The notes beneath the pieces are model-generated. The model was not told the DNA's origin, did no database searches, and worked only from the letters and a program-made list of their open reading frames with translations. Positions 55,976 to 64,000 of a stretch of DNA of 64,000 nt are shown here, one piece after another; position 1 is the first letter of the stretch; every line of letters begins with the position of its first letter. This DNA comes from an uncultured delta proteobacterium (GTDB lineage Bacteria; Desulfobacterota; Binatia; UBA9968). The stretch is taken from the NCBI GenBank assembly GCA_963771465.1, contig CAVYTU010000017.1:1024001-1088000 (forward strand), given 5' to 3'. The translations under genes and the position numbers were made by a program.

Positions 55976-57131
55976 AATGAAAATCACCAGGATCGAAACG
56001 ATTCCCATCCGTCTGCCGACGCGCCGCGTGCATCAGTGGGCGAGTCTGACTACGCCGATCGGTGTCTACGTCATCATCAAGCTCTACACTGACGAAGGGT
56101 TGATCGGTCTCGGCGAAGCGCCGGTGCTCAAAGACTGGGGCGGCGATCACGGTAAATATTTCGGCGAGACGCCGCAGACCACGGCGCATATCGTCAACGA
56201 CATTCTCGCCCCGGCGCTGAAAGGCCAAGACCCGAGCCGCTTCGAAGCGATCCACGCGCTGATGGACAAAGCGGTAAAAGGTTATCCCTATTGCAAAGCG
56301 GCCATCGACGCGGCGCTTTACGATGTCGTCGGCAAGGCATTGAAAGTTCCCGCGTATCAATTGCTCGGCGGGCTTTTTCGCCAACGCATTCCCATCGCTC
56401 ACAGCTTGGGCCTGATGGAAATCGAAAAGGCGGTTGAAGAAGCACTGCAAGCCAAATCCGAAGGCGTCAAAACCATCAAGCTCAAAGGCGGCCTCGACCA
56501 GAAACGGGATGTCGAGTTGGTGAAGCAGATTCGCCGCGCCATTGGACCGGATTTGAATATCTGCGTCGATGCCAATCAGGGCTATCCGTCAGCCAAAGCC
56601 GCCGTGAAAATTACCAAGGCGATGGAAGAATATAACCTGCTTTACATGGAGCAGCCGGTGGAAGGCATCGACCAGATGGCCGAAGTGGCGCGCCGCGTCG
56701 ACACGCCGATCATGGCCGACGAAAGCGCCTGGACGGCGCAAGATGTCATCGAGATCGTGCGCAAGAAGGCTGCCGATATGATTTCGATCTACACGACCAA
56801 GCCAGGCGGTATGTTTAAAGCCAAGAAAGTCGCCGCCGTGGCCGAAGCTGGCGGCCTCAAGTGCAACGTCAACGGTTCGGTGGAGACCGGCGTCGGCAAC
56901 GCGGCCAATATTCATCTGGCGGCATCGACTGGTGTGGTGACTTACGGTTGCGTGGTTCCAGTCTCCACACCGAAGGGAAAAGGCAAAGGCGGCATCGCCG
57001 GCATTTACTATCAGGACGATATCATCACCGAAGCGCTGGACTATGCCGATGGCGACGTGCTTGTCTCGTCAAAGCCGGGACTCGGCATCGAGCTGGATGA
57101 AGATAAGATCAAGCATTACCGGATTGCGTAA
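55968..57131 (+). CDS. Enolase superfamily, muconate cycloisomerase/Ala-Glu epimerase subgroup
   Basis: G.GEA, KAAID.ALYD..GK, KxK (KLK), VDANQG, EQP, MADES, PGLGIELD. Confidence 0.9.
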   Translation: MAKMKITRIETIPIRLPTRRVHQWASLTTPIGVYVIIKLYTDEGLIGLGEAPVLKDWGGDHGKYFGETPQTTAHIVNDILAPALKGQDPSRFEAIHALMDKAVKGYPYCKAAIDAALYDVVGKALKVPAYQLLGGLFRQRIPIAHSLGLMEIEKAVEEALQAKSEGVKTIKLKGGLDQKRDVELVKQIRRAIGPDLNICVDANQGYPSAKAAVKITKAMEEYNLLYMEQPVEGIDQMAEVARRVDTPIMADESAWTAQDVIEIVRKKAADMISIYTTKPGGMFKAKKVAAVAEAGGLKCNVNGSVETGVGNAANIHLAASTGVVTYGCVVPVSTPKGKGKGGIAGIYYQDDIITEALDYADGDVLVSSKPGLGIELDEDKIKHYRIA

Positions 57132-57186
57132 TGAGTATCTGACGAAGAAGGTTTACTTTCCCGTCGCGAAGTTGAATGGAATGAGA

Positions 57187-57262
57187 GTCATACCGGCGCA
57201 AGCCGGTATCCAGGGGTGGCGGGAAATGGCAGGGAGCCTGGATTCCCGTTCGCGGGAAAGAC
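57187..57262. repeat. GTCA/CGTC-class REP doublet
   Basis: gtcataccggcgcaagccggtatccagg ... cctggattcccgttcgcgggaaagac. Confidence 0.75.
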
Positions 57263-57304
57263 GGACTACGTGAAGTTGTTCGGTTCCTACCATTCCTTTG
57301 AGTT

Positions 57305-58411
57305 ATGACCATCAAGAAAATCGCGATTCTCGGCGCTGGTAACGGCGGCTGCGCAGCCGCGGCTGATCTCAGCTTGCGTGGTTTCCAAGTACGACTTTTC
57401 TCCCGCTCAGAAAGCACGATGGTCAAACTTGGCAAGCTCGGAGAGATCGAGCTGGTCGAGAACGGTGTGAGTAAAAAAGCCGCGCCGTATTTCATGAGCC
57501 CGCATCTGCCGCCCGTCGTTCAGGGTGCTGATCTTATCGTCATCGCCACGCCGTCGGTTGGCCATGAGTATCTGGCGAAGAATCTGGCGAATCATCTTGC
57601 CGACGGTCAGCGCATCTTACTCAACCCCGGCCACACCGGCGGCTCGCTCCACTTCGCCAATCTCCTGCGCGGGCTGGGCTGCAAAGCCGACGTGAAGCTC
57701 TGCGAAACCGTAACGCTCACTTACATTTGCCGCATGCCGCAGTTTGGCCGGGTCGAAGTTTATCGGCGCACGACAAACCTGCGCTGCGCCGCGTTTCCCG
57801 GAAAGTATACGGCTAATCTTGTCAGCGAGATTCAGCAAGTTTTTCCAAACATCGTGCCGGCGGCTAACGTGCTGGACACCGGTTTCTCGAACATCAACGC
57901 GATCATGCATCCGGCGGGAATGCTCGGTAACGCCGGTTGGATCGAGAAGAGCGGCGGCGACTTTCTTTGGTATCGTGACGGCATCACGCCGTCCATCGGC
58001 GCGTGGATCGATGCTGTCGATTGCGAACGGCTGGAAATCGTTCGCTTGCTTGGACTCAAGCCGCTGCGCTTCGTCGACATCTTTCATCAGGCCGGTTTGA
58101 CGACTGCGGCGGCGCGCGATTCAGGATCGGCTTACGAGGCGATTCATAACAGCGAACCAAACTTCACGATCAAATCGCCGCCGACGCTCGATCATCGCTA
58201 TATTCGCGAAGATGTCGGCTACGGTCTGGTGCCGATGGCGGAGATCGGCAATTTGCTCGGGGTGAAGACGCCGGTGATGGACGCGCTGATCACGCTGGCG
58301 TCGACCGCGCTCGGAGCGAATTTTCGACAAGATGGTTTGACCCTCAGCAAAATGGGGCTCGCGGGAATCGCACCGCAACAGTTGCCGAGTACTGTTTTAG
58401 ACGGATTTTAG
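57305..58411 (+). CDS. NAD/NADP opine (octopine/nopaline) dehydrogenase family protein
   Basis: GAGNGG.A.AADL, LNPG.TGG, N.NA.MHP, D.ER, HRYI.EDV.YGLVP, TP.MDALI. Confidence 0.9.
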   Translation: MTIKKIAILGAGNGGCAAAADLSLRGFQVRLFSRSESTMVKLGKLGEIELVENGVSKKAAPYFMSPHLPPVVQGADLIVIATPSVGHEYLAKNLANHLADGQRILLNPGHTGGSLHFANLLRGLGCKADVKLCETVTLTYICRMPQFGRVEVYRRTTNLRCAAFPGKYTANLVSEIQQVFPNIVPAANVLDTGFSNINAIMHPAGMLGNAGWIEKSGGDFLWYRDGITPSIGAWIDAVDCERLEIVRLLGLKPLRFVDIFHQAGLTTAAARDSGSAYEAIHNSEPNFTIKSPPTLDHRYIREDVGYGLVPMAEIGNLLGVKTPVMDALITLASTALGANFRQDGLTLSKMGLAGIAPQQLPSTVLDGF

Positions 58412-58420
58412 GAGACGGTT

Positions 58421-59404
58421 ATGCGCGTAGGTCTTTGCTTTGACGGCTTTTATTCGATCCAAGAAATGATCGAGCTGGCCCAGTTGGCCGATGATATCGG
58501 CATGGACTCGATCTGGATGTCGGATCACCTTTGCTTCCGCGACTCGTTCACCACTTCGATGGCATTGCTGGCATCGACTAACAAGATAAAAGTCGCCGCC
58601 GCGCCCATGAGTCCGTACACGCGCAATCCGATAATCACCGCCATGTCGATTGCGACGATGGCGGAGTTCGCGCCGGGGCGGGTGATCGCGAGCCCAGGGA
58701 CAGGCAATGCGGCGGCACTCAAAGAGGCCGGCATCGACTCGCCGCATCCGCTGCAGACCATGCGTGAGTATGTCGACGTTCTGCGCCGCTATTTGAAGGG
58801 GGATGCGGTGAATTTCCAGGGCCAGATGATTCAAGTAAACGGCGCTAAGATGGGCTTCATTCCCGCCGATCCGATCGCCATGTACATCACCGCGGTACGC
58901 CCGCGGATGCTGCAACTTGGCGGTGAGATCGGCGACGGTGTTTTGCTCTCCGGCGGATGTTCGCCGGGCTACATTGCGCAGTGTGTCGAAGAAATTGCTA
59001 AGGGTGCAGCGAAAGCGGAGAAATCTCGCCCCGATGTCGACGTCGCCGGATTCGTCATTGCGGCCGTATCGGACAACGCCAAGGAAGCGATCGAGGCTAA
59101 CAAGATGTTTCTCGCTTACATTTTTCGCAACGTGCACCACACAGAAAATATCCGCCTGGGTGGCGGCAGGGTCGATCAGCAAGGGCTAGCGGCGGCGGTC
59201 GGCAAACGCGACTGGGAAGCGGCAAAGAAATTCATCAGCGATGAAGTGGTATTTGCCCATTCGGTGGCCGGCACGCCGAACGATTGCGCTAAACAGCTTG
59301 AAGCGTTTACCAAGGGCGGACTAGATTTACCCATCGTTTTGCCGACCGGAACGCAAGATGCGCGCAAGAAGGTCGTTCGCATGGTACGTGAGATCGTTGG
59401 CTAG
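58421..59404 (+). CDS. LLM-class (Mer/F420-like) flavin-dependent oxidoreductase
   Basis: DSIW.SDH...RD, PYTRNP...A...AT, GR....G.G, PRML.L.GEI.DG. Confidence 0.88.
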   Translation: MRVGLCFDGFYSIQEMIELAQLADDIGMDSIWMSDHLCFRDSFTTSMALLASTNKIKVAAAPMSPYTRNPIITAMSIATMAEFAPGRVIASPGTGNAAALKEAGIDSPHPLQTMREYVDVLRRYLKGDAVNFQGQMIQVNGAKMGFIPADPIAMYITAVRPRMLQLGGEIGDGVLLSGGCSPGYIAQCVEEIAKGAAKAEKSRPDVDVAGFVIAAVSDNAKEAIEANKMFLAYIFRNVHHTENIRLGGGRVDQQGLAAAVGKRDWEAAKKFISDEVVFAHSVAGTPNDCAKQLEAFTKGGLDLPIVLPTGTQDARKKVVRMVREIVG

Positions 59405-59474
59405 AAGTTATTTGCGCTGGGTTTTTTCCGATGACGATCGTCTAAACCGCATACTGGTTGAATACGAGGTGGAT

Positions 59475-60612
59475 ATGGAATCTGTCGCTGCTGCGAAAAG
59501 AAAATCCCCCTCACTCCCTCTTTTTCTAAGGGGGAAATGGGATCGGAAAGAGATTTACCCCTCTTTGAAAAAGAGGGGTAAGGGGAGATTTTCTTCTCAC
59601 CTAATTTCACTTATGCAGTGGGGATTGCTAACGTTGCTTTGGTTATTTGTCGCTCCGCTGGCGCAAGTATCGGCCCAAGGCGTCAGTCTCGAGGCGGCGA
59701 AGAAGGAAGGTAAAGTTTACGTCTACGGCACAATCATTCCGCAGGTGATGAAGCTGATCGAAGCCGGCTTCGAAGCCAAGTACGGCGTCAATATCGAATA
59801 TTGGCGCGGCGACGCGACCAAGGTCGTTGACCGCGTGCTGACGGAATGGCGCGCCGGCAAGCCTGGCTTTGACATGGTGATCGGCGCCCGTGGGCCGTTG
59901 TCTTTGGCCAAGGTCGACGGTGTTTACGCCAAGTTCACACCGGCGAGCGCGGCCAACTTCCCTGCTAAGTTTCGCGACCCGGACGGACAACTGACTGCGT
60001 GGCGCATCACTCCCGTAGGGATTCTCACCAATACCGACTTGGTCAGAGCCAACGACGTCCCAAAGAGTTGGGATGATTTGCTCGATCCCAAGTGGCAGGG
60101 AAAAATCACCATGCCCGATCCTTCGCGCCACGCTAGCACGGCGACGTTTCTGTGGAATCTGCAGAAGATCAAAGGTGACAAGTGGCTCGACTTCGTGCGC
60201 GCGCTGGCGAAACAAAGGCCGCACTTGGTGGAATCCTATTCTTCCGTGCCCAACGCCATCGTCCGCGGCGAAGCGGCCCTCGGCATTTCCTACATACAGT
60301 ATGTGCCGCAAACCAAGGGGCCCATCGGCTTCGCTCCCATTGACCAGGTGTTTGCCGATCCCAGCGATGCAGCAATCAGTGCCAAGGCGGCCAATCCCAA
60401 CGCGGCGAGGTTTTTGATCGACTATCTCTGTTCGCCCGAGGGCCAGAAGAAAGTCGCCGAGACGCATGAGTTTGTGTTGTCGCCGGGCGTTTTTCCCGCC
60501 ATCAAGGGCGCCGATCGGATCGTGGCCAATCTGCAGCTCCTGGAAGATCCAAGCGCGGAGCAGCTGCAGAAGCTGCAGAGCCGATTTTCGCCAACTGTTC
60601 GTGGCCAAATAG
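59475..60612 (+). CDS. Extracellular solute-binding protein with a palindrome-derived N-terminus (frameshift near 60580)
   Basis: GAGGTG RBS before ATG 59475; AAKKEGKV.VYG, PKSWDDLLDPKWQGK, PNAAR. Confidence 0.85.
59498..59595. repeat. Palindromic REP-like doublet inside a CDS
   Basis: aagaaaatccccctcactccctctttttctaaggggg ... cccctctttgaaaaagaggggtaaggggagattttctt. Confidence 0.85.
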
Positions 60613-60687
60613 ATTTTCGACTGCCAGCTTGACTTAGATAGGGTCGGTCGATACTTGTTGAACGTTTTCCACTAATCGGAGGGATGG

Positions 60688-61705
60688 ATGAAAAGCATTA
60701 GAAGATTTTTCGTACTGATGGTCGGGCTGCTTATGGTCGTGTTTGGTAGCGCGCCGCTGCCGGCGCAGCAGGCCAACATCGACGCCGCAAAGAAGGAAGG
60801 CAAGATCGTCGTTTATGGCTCGGTGGTGCCGCAGGCGATGGAGGGATTGCATCAGGCGTTCAAAAAAAAATATGGCATCGACGTGGAATACTGGCGCGGC
60901 TCTTCGACTCAAGTGTCGGAGCGCGCGCTTGACCGAATGGCGCGCCGGGAAGCCGGGATTTGATATCGCTGAAGGCAATCGCGGCGTGCAATTGATCATG
61001 AAGAGCGAGGGGTTGTTTCAGAAGTTCGTGCCGCCGAACTCGGAGAAGTTTCCGGCGCAGTACAAGGAAAAGGATGGCCTGATCACGCCTTGGCGCGTGC
61101 TGCCGATCAGCATCCTTTACAATACCGAGCTGGTTAAGGCCGGCGACTTGCCCAAGACCTTCGACGATTTGTTAAATCCAAAGTGGAGCGGAAAAATCTC
61201 CATCCCCGATCCGACCCGTCATACCACCACCGCGCAGTTTCTCTGGAACCTGGAGAAATTCATGGGCAACAAATGGTTGGACTACGTCAAGGCGTTGGCC
61301 AAACAGAAACCGATTTTGGTGGAGTCGTTGGCGCCAGTGACAACGACGATCATCAAAGGCGAGGCGCCGGTGGGAATTACTTATATAAAGTACATCAAAC
61401 AGTACAAAGGACCGGTGAATTACATCCCCATGGACAAATATCTCACCGACCCCAATTATTTGAGCCTGGGCGCCAAAACCACCCGTCCGAATGCGGCAAA
61501 GCTGTATATCGATTTCGCGTGCTCGCCTGAAGGACAAAAGGAAATTGCCGAAGACGGTGAATTCGTCTTGGCGCCCGATGTTTATCCGCCGATTAAGGAT
61601 GCCGAAAAAGTAGCACCGCGAATGGTTTTTATGGATAATCCGTCTGAGGATGAGTTCAAAAAACTCATGAGCGGGACCTTCCGCGAGATATTTTTCGCCA
61701 AGTAA
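60688..61705 (+). CDS. Extracellular solute-binding protein (frameshift near 60930)
   Basis: GGAGG RBS, signal peptide, AAKKEGKIVVYGS; paralog of the previous gene and of 9198-10217. Confidence 0.87.
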
Positions 61706-61739
61706 GAATTGGCAAGCGCAATTCAAATTGGCTTATCGA

Positions 61740-61771
61740 GGGCCGGCCGTATGACCGGCCCTTTTTATTTT
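61740..61771 (+). terminator. Intrinsic terminator between the SBP and the permease
   Basis: gggccggcc-gtat-gaccggccc followed by tttttatttt. Confidence 0.75.
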
Positions 61772-61811
61772 GCGTGATGGACTGACCCGGTGAAGGAGCA
61801 TTGAGACGTCG

Positions 61812-63530
61812 ATGGTAAATCGGGTTCTGGGTATATTTCGGCGCGACCCGCAACTTTCAATTGTGCTGTTTGTCGGTGTGGTGATTGCCTACTTGAGCCT
61901 GTCGCCGACCCTGATGCTTTTCTATGGCAGCTTTCGCAGCAAGCCCCTCGGCGTGCCGGGCGACTTTACCTTGGCTCACTACATCAGCGCTTACGCCGAT
62001 CCGCTGACGTACCAGCTGCTGTTCAATTCCTTTATCTTCGCCGGCGGCTCGGCGCTGCTGGCGACCGCCTTGGCGGCGACTCTGGCTTGGATATCGATTC
62101 GCACCAACGCTCCCGGCAGAAGATTGTTCGAGCTGATTTCCATCGTGCCGAATATTTTTCCACCGGTGATGCTGGCGGTGTCGTGGACCGTGCTCCTCAG
62201 TCCGCGCACCGGTTTGATCAACCGATTGTTCATGCAAATCTTCGATCTGTCGGAGGCGCCGCTCAATCTCTATTCACTTTGGGGCATGATTTACGTCGAG
62301 GCTTTGATCACTGTGCCGCTGGCTTTTTTGATGGTGTCCGCGTCGCTCTATTCGATGGACCCTGCGCTCGAAGAATCGGCGCGGGTAGCGGGATCAAGCA
62401 ACGCGCAGATCGCCTGGCGCATCACTTTGCCGATCGTGCGCCCGGCGCTGTTGGCTTCAGCCATGTTGAACTTCGTACGCGCCATTGAAAGCTTCGATAC
62501 GCCGGCGATCATCGCCCTGCCGGCGCGCATCGAAGTGTTTACGACCAAAATATATCGCGAAGCGATCGGCGCTTTTCCGCCGAACCAGAATCTCGCCGCG
62601 GCCTACGCCGTATCGTTGCTCGCCGTGACGATGGTGTTCGTTTATTTCTACCGGCGTCTGACGGCGCGCTCGGAACGCTATGTGACCGTGACCGGGCGCG
62701 GTTATCGGCCGATGATCATCGATCTCGGCAAGTGGCGTTACGCCGCCTCGGCGATCGCTAGCGTGATTCTGATCCTGATCGTGGTGTTGCCGTTTCTGGT
62801 TTTGATTTATGTTTCCTTTATCACTTATATTCACGTGCCCGGCGCCAAGACTTGGGAACTTTTGACGCTGGATAATTATTGGAGCAATTTGACCGACGCG
62901 CGCACCTATCGCGCTCTGAAAAATAGCTTGTTCCTCGCCGTCGTCGGCGCGACGCTTTGTATGTTGCTGGCGGCGATCACCGCGTGGGTGACGACCAAGA
63001 CCAAAGCCGCCGGCCGAGGACTCATCGAGGCGTTGACGTTCATTCCCTGGGCGTTCCCGGGCACGGCGCTAGCCATCGGATTGCTCTGGACCTATGTCTA
63101 CGTGCCGCTGCCGATCTACGGCACCTTGTGGATCTTGCTGATCGGCTATATCACGCGTTTCTTGCCCTACGGACTGCGCACCATGACCAGCACGATCGTG
63201 CAATTGCACGACGACTTGCAGCAGGCTTCGATGGTTTGCGGCGCGAGTTTTCTGACGACCTTTCGGCGCATTCTCCTGCCGTTGCTGCGGCCCGGCTTCA
63301 TCGCCGGCTGGATTATTCTTGCGACGATTTATTTACGCGAGTTCAGCACGTCGATCTTTCTCTATTCGCCGGGGGCGGAGCCTTTGGGGCCGCTGCTTTA
63401 TCATTTTTACGTGGACGGCAACTTGGGACCGATGTGCTCGCTGGCGCTGATCGTCAGCGTGGTATGTATCGTTTTGATCCTGAGCGCAAAAAAGATCGCC
63501 GCCGCGGGTGGAGCCTTCGAGGGACATTGA
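61812..63530 (+). CDS. ABC permease, FbpB/ThiP type with two fused TM domains
   Basis: Two EAA loops (LEESARVAGS; LQQASMVCGA) and many TM helices. Confidence 0.9.
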   Translation: MVNRVLGIFRRDPQLSIVLFVGVVIAYLSLSPTLMLFYGSFRSKPLGVPGDFTLAHYISAYADPLTYQLLFNSFIFAGGSALLATALAATLAWISIRTNAPGRRLFELISIVPNIFPPVMLAVSWTVLLSPRTGLINRLFMQIFDLSEAPLNLYSLWGMIYVEALITVPLAFLMVSASLYSMDPALEESARVAGSSNAQIAWRITLPIVRPALLASAMLNFVRAIESFDTPAIIALPARIEVFTTKIYREAIGAFPPNQNLAAAYAVSLLAVTMVFVYFYRRLTARSERYVTVTGRGYRPMIIDLGKWRYAASAIASVILILIVVLPFLVLIYVSFITYIHVPGAKTWELLTLDNYWSNLTDARTYRALKNSLFLAVVGATLCMLLAAITAWVTTKTKAAGRGLIEALTFIPWAFPGTALAIGLLWTYVYVPLPIYGTLWILLIGYITRFLPYGLRTMTSTIVQLHDDLQQASMVCGASFLTTFRRILLPLLRPGFIAGWIILATIYLREFSTSIFLYSPGAEPLGPLLYHFYVDGNLGPMCSLALIVSVVCIVLILSAKKIAAAGGAFEGH

Positions 63531-63568
63531 AACAAGCCTTGAGGCGGGAGACACGAGGGACGAATAAG

Positions 63569-64000
63569 ATGGATGACGGCACCGCTAAAAAATTAATCGA
63601 GAAAAATTTGTCCTATGACGAGGTAAAACGGCTTACGGTAAAACTCGTGCAGCACGCCAGTCCGCAGACTCAGCTGCTCGAGGCCGAGCCGCAGGTACTG
63701 GCGCTGATTCACGATGTCGTCAAGCCGGAGCTCGAGCAAGCCGGCCTCCATCCCGCCATCGATAAGATGGGCAATCTAATCTTGCGTCTGCAGGGGCGCT
63801 CGTCCGAGGGTCGGCTGATGTTGGTGGGCTATGCTATGTGTGCGGCGCCGAGCACGATGGCGAATCCCTATTCTGGCGAGATCGTCGATGGCACGCCGTA
63901 CAAACTTCAGGGAGAATGTGTTTGGGGCCGCGGCGCTTGCGAACAGAAGGGCAGTCTGGCGGCGATGATGGCGGCGGTTAAATTTATCGGCGCGAGCAAG
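63569..64000 (+). CDS. M20/DapE-like protein, N-terminal part, truncated by the window edge
   Basis: My translation: MDDGTAKKLIEK...D.MGNLILRL.G....RLMLVGYAM....M.NPYSGEI....VWGRGACEQKGSLAAM. Confidence 0.75.
   Translation, partial: MDDGTAKKLIEKNLSYDEVKRLTVKLVQHASPQTQLLEAEPQVLALIHDVVKPELEQAGLHPAIDKMGNLILRLQGRSSEGRLMLVGYAMCAAPSTMANPYSGEIVDGTPYKLQGECVWGRGACEQKGSLAAMMAAVKFIGASK

Noticed and set aside
59643-60608. Long antisense ORFs (this one, 689-1414, 34479-35279, 36656-37378 and others)
   Set aside because: They are shadows of GC-rich coding strands with no motifs of their own.
10293-61705. About 15 frameshifts as programmed frameshifting or mass pseudogenisation
   Set aside because: They are single-base indels in unrelated genes with intact motifs on both sides and no shared slippery site. 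A compensating pair near 55128-55150 (PWISLPKP versus the likely PMDKLAEA) also points to sequencing error. Raw reads would settle it.

Overview
GC-rich bacterial chromosomal segment. The gene repertoire (many orphan ABC solute-binding proteins, amidohydrolases, UbiD, LLM and Xdh-family enzymes) suggests a Candidatus Binatia/deltaproteobacterial-type genome, which is an inference. About 15 single-base frameshifts in unrelated genes look like long-read assembly errors. Core genes: mutS-amiC-glnD-xerD, korAB and a RavA/ViaA-like pair. Accessory metabolism: a sigma54/NtrC-type cyanate operon (cynABD-cynS), sulfatase, paired acyl-CoA dehydrogenases, paired phytoene-dehydrogenase-like flavoproteins, a cupin plus persulfide dioxygenase, and an opine-dehydrogenase/enolase/M24/M20/LLM cluster with tandem solute-binding proteins. 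The most striking non-gene signal is a family of hairpin elements with arms of about 4 tandem 6-, 7-, 8- or 9-bp units. One copy (15848-16382) encloses a four-helix-bundle (IVP/Avd-like) gene and separates ubiD from a plausible ribosome-binding site; the others carry no gene. Two palindromic elements appear to be translated in-frame as signal-peptide N-termini. Also present: a MITE with a CTAA target duplication at overlapping stop codons, a decayed solitary integron cassette, a membrane-anchored TIR protein, and a leader ORF spanning a terminator upstream of GYD-korAB. No rRNA, tRNA or CRISPR array was seen.
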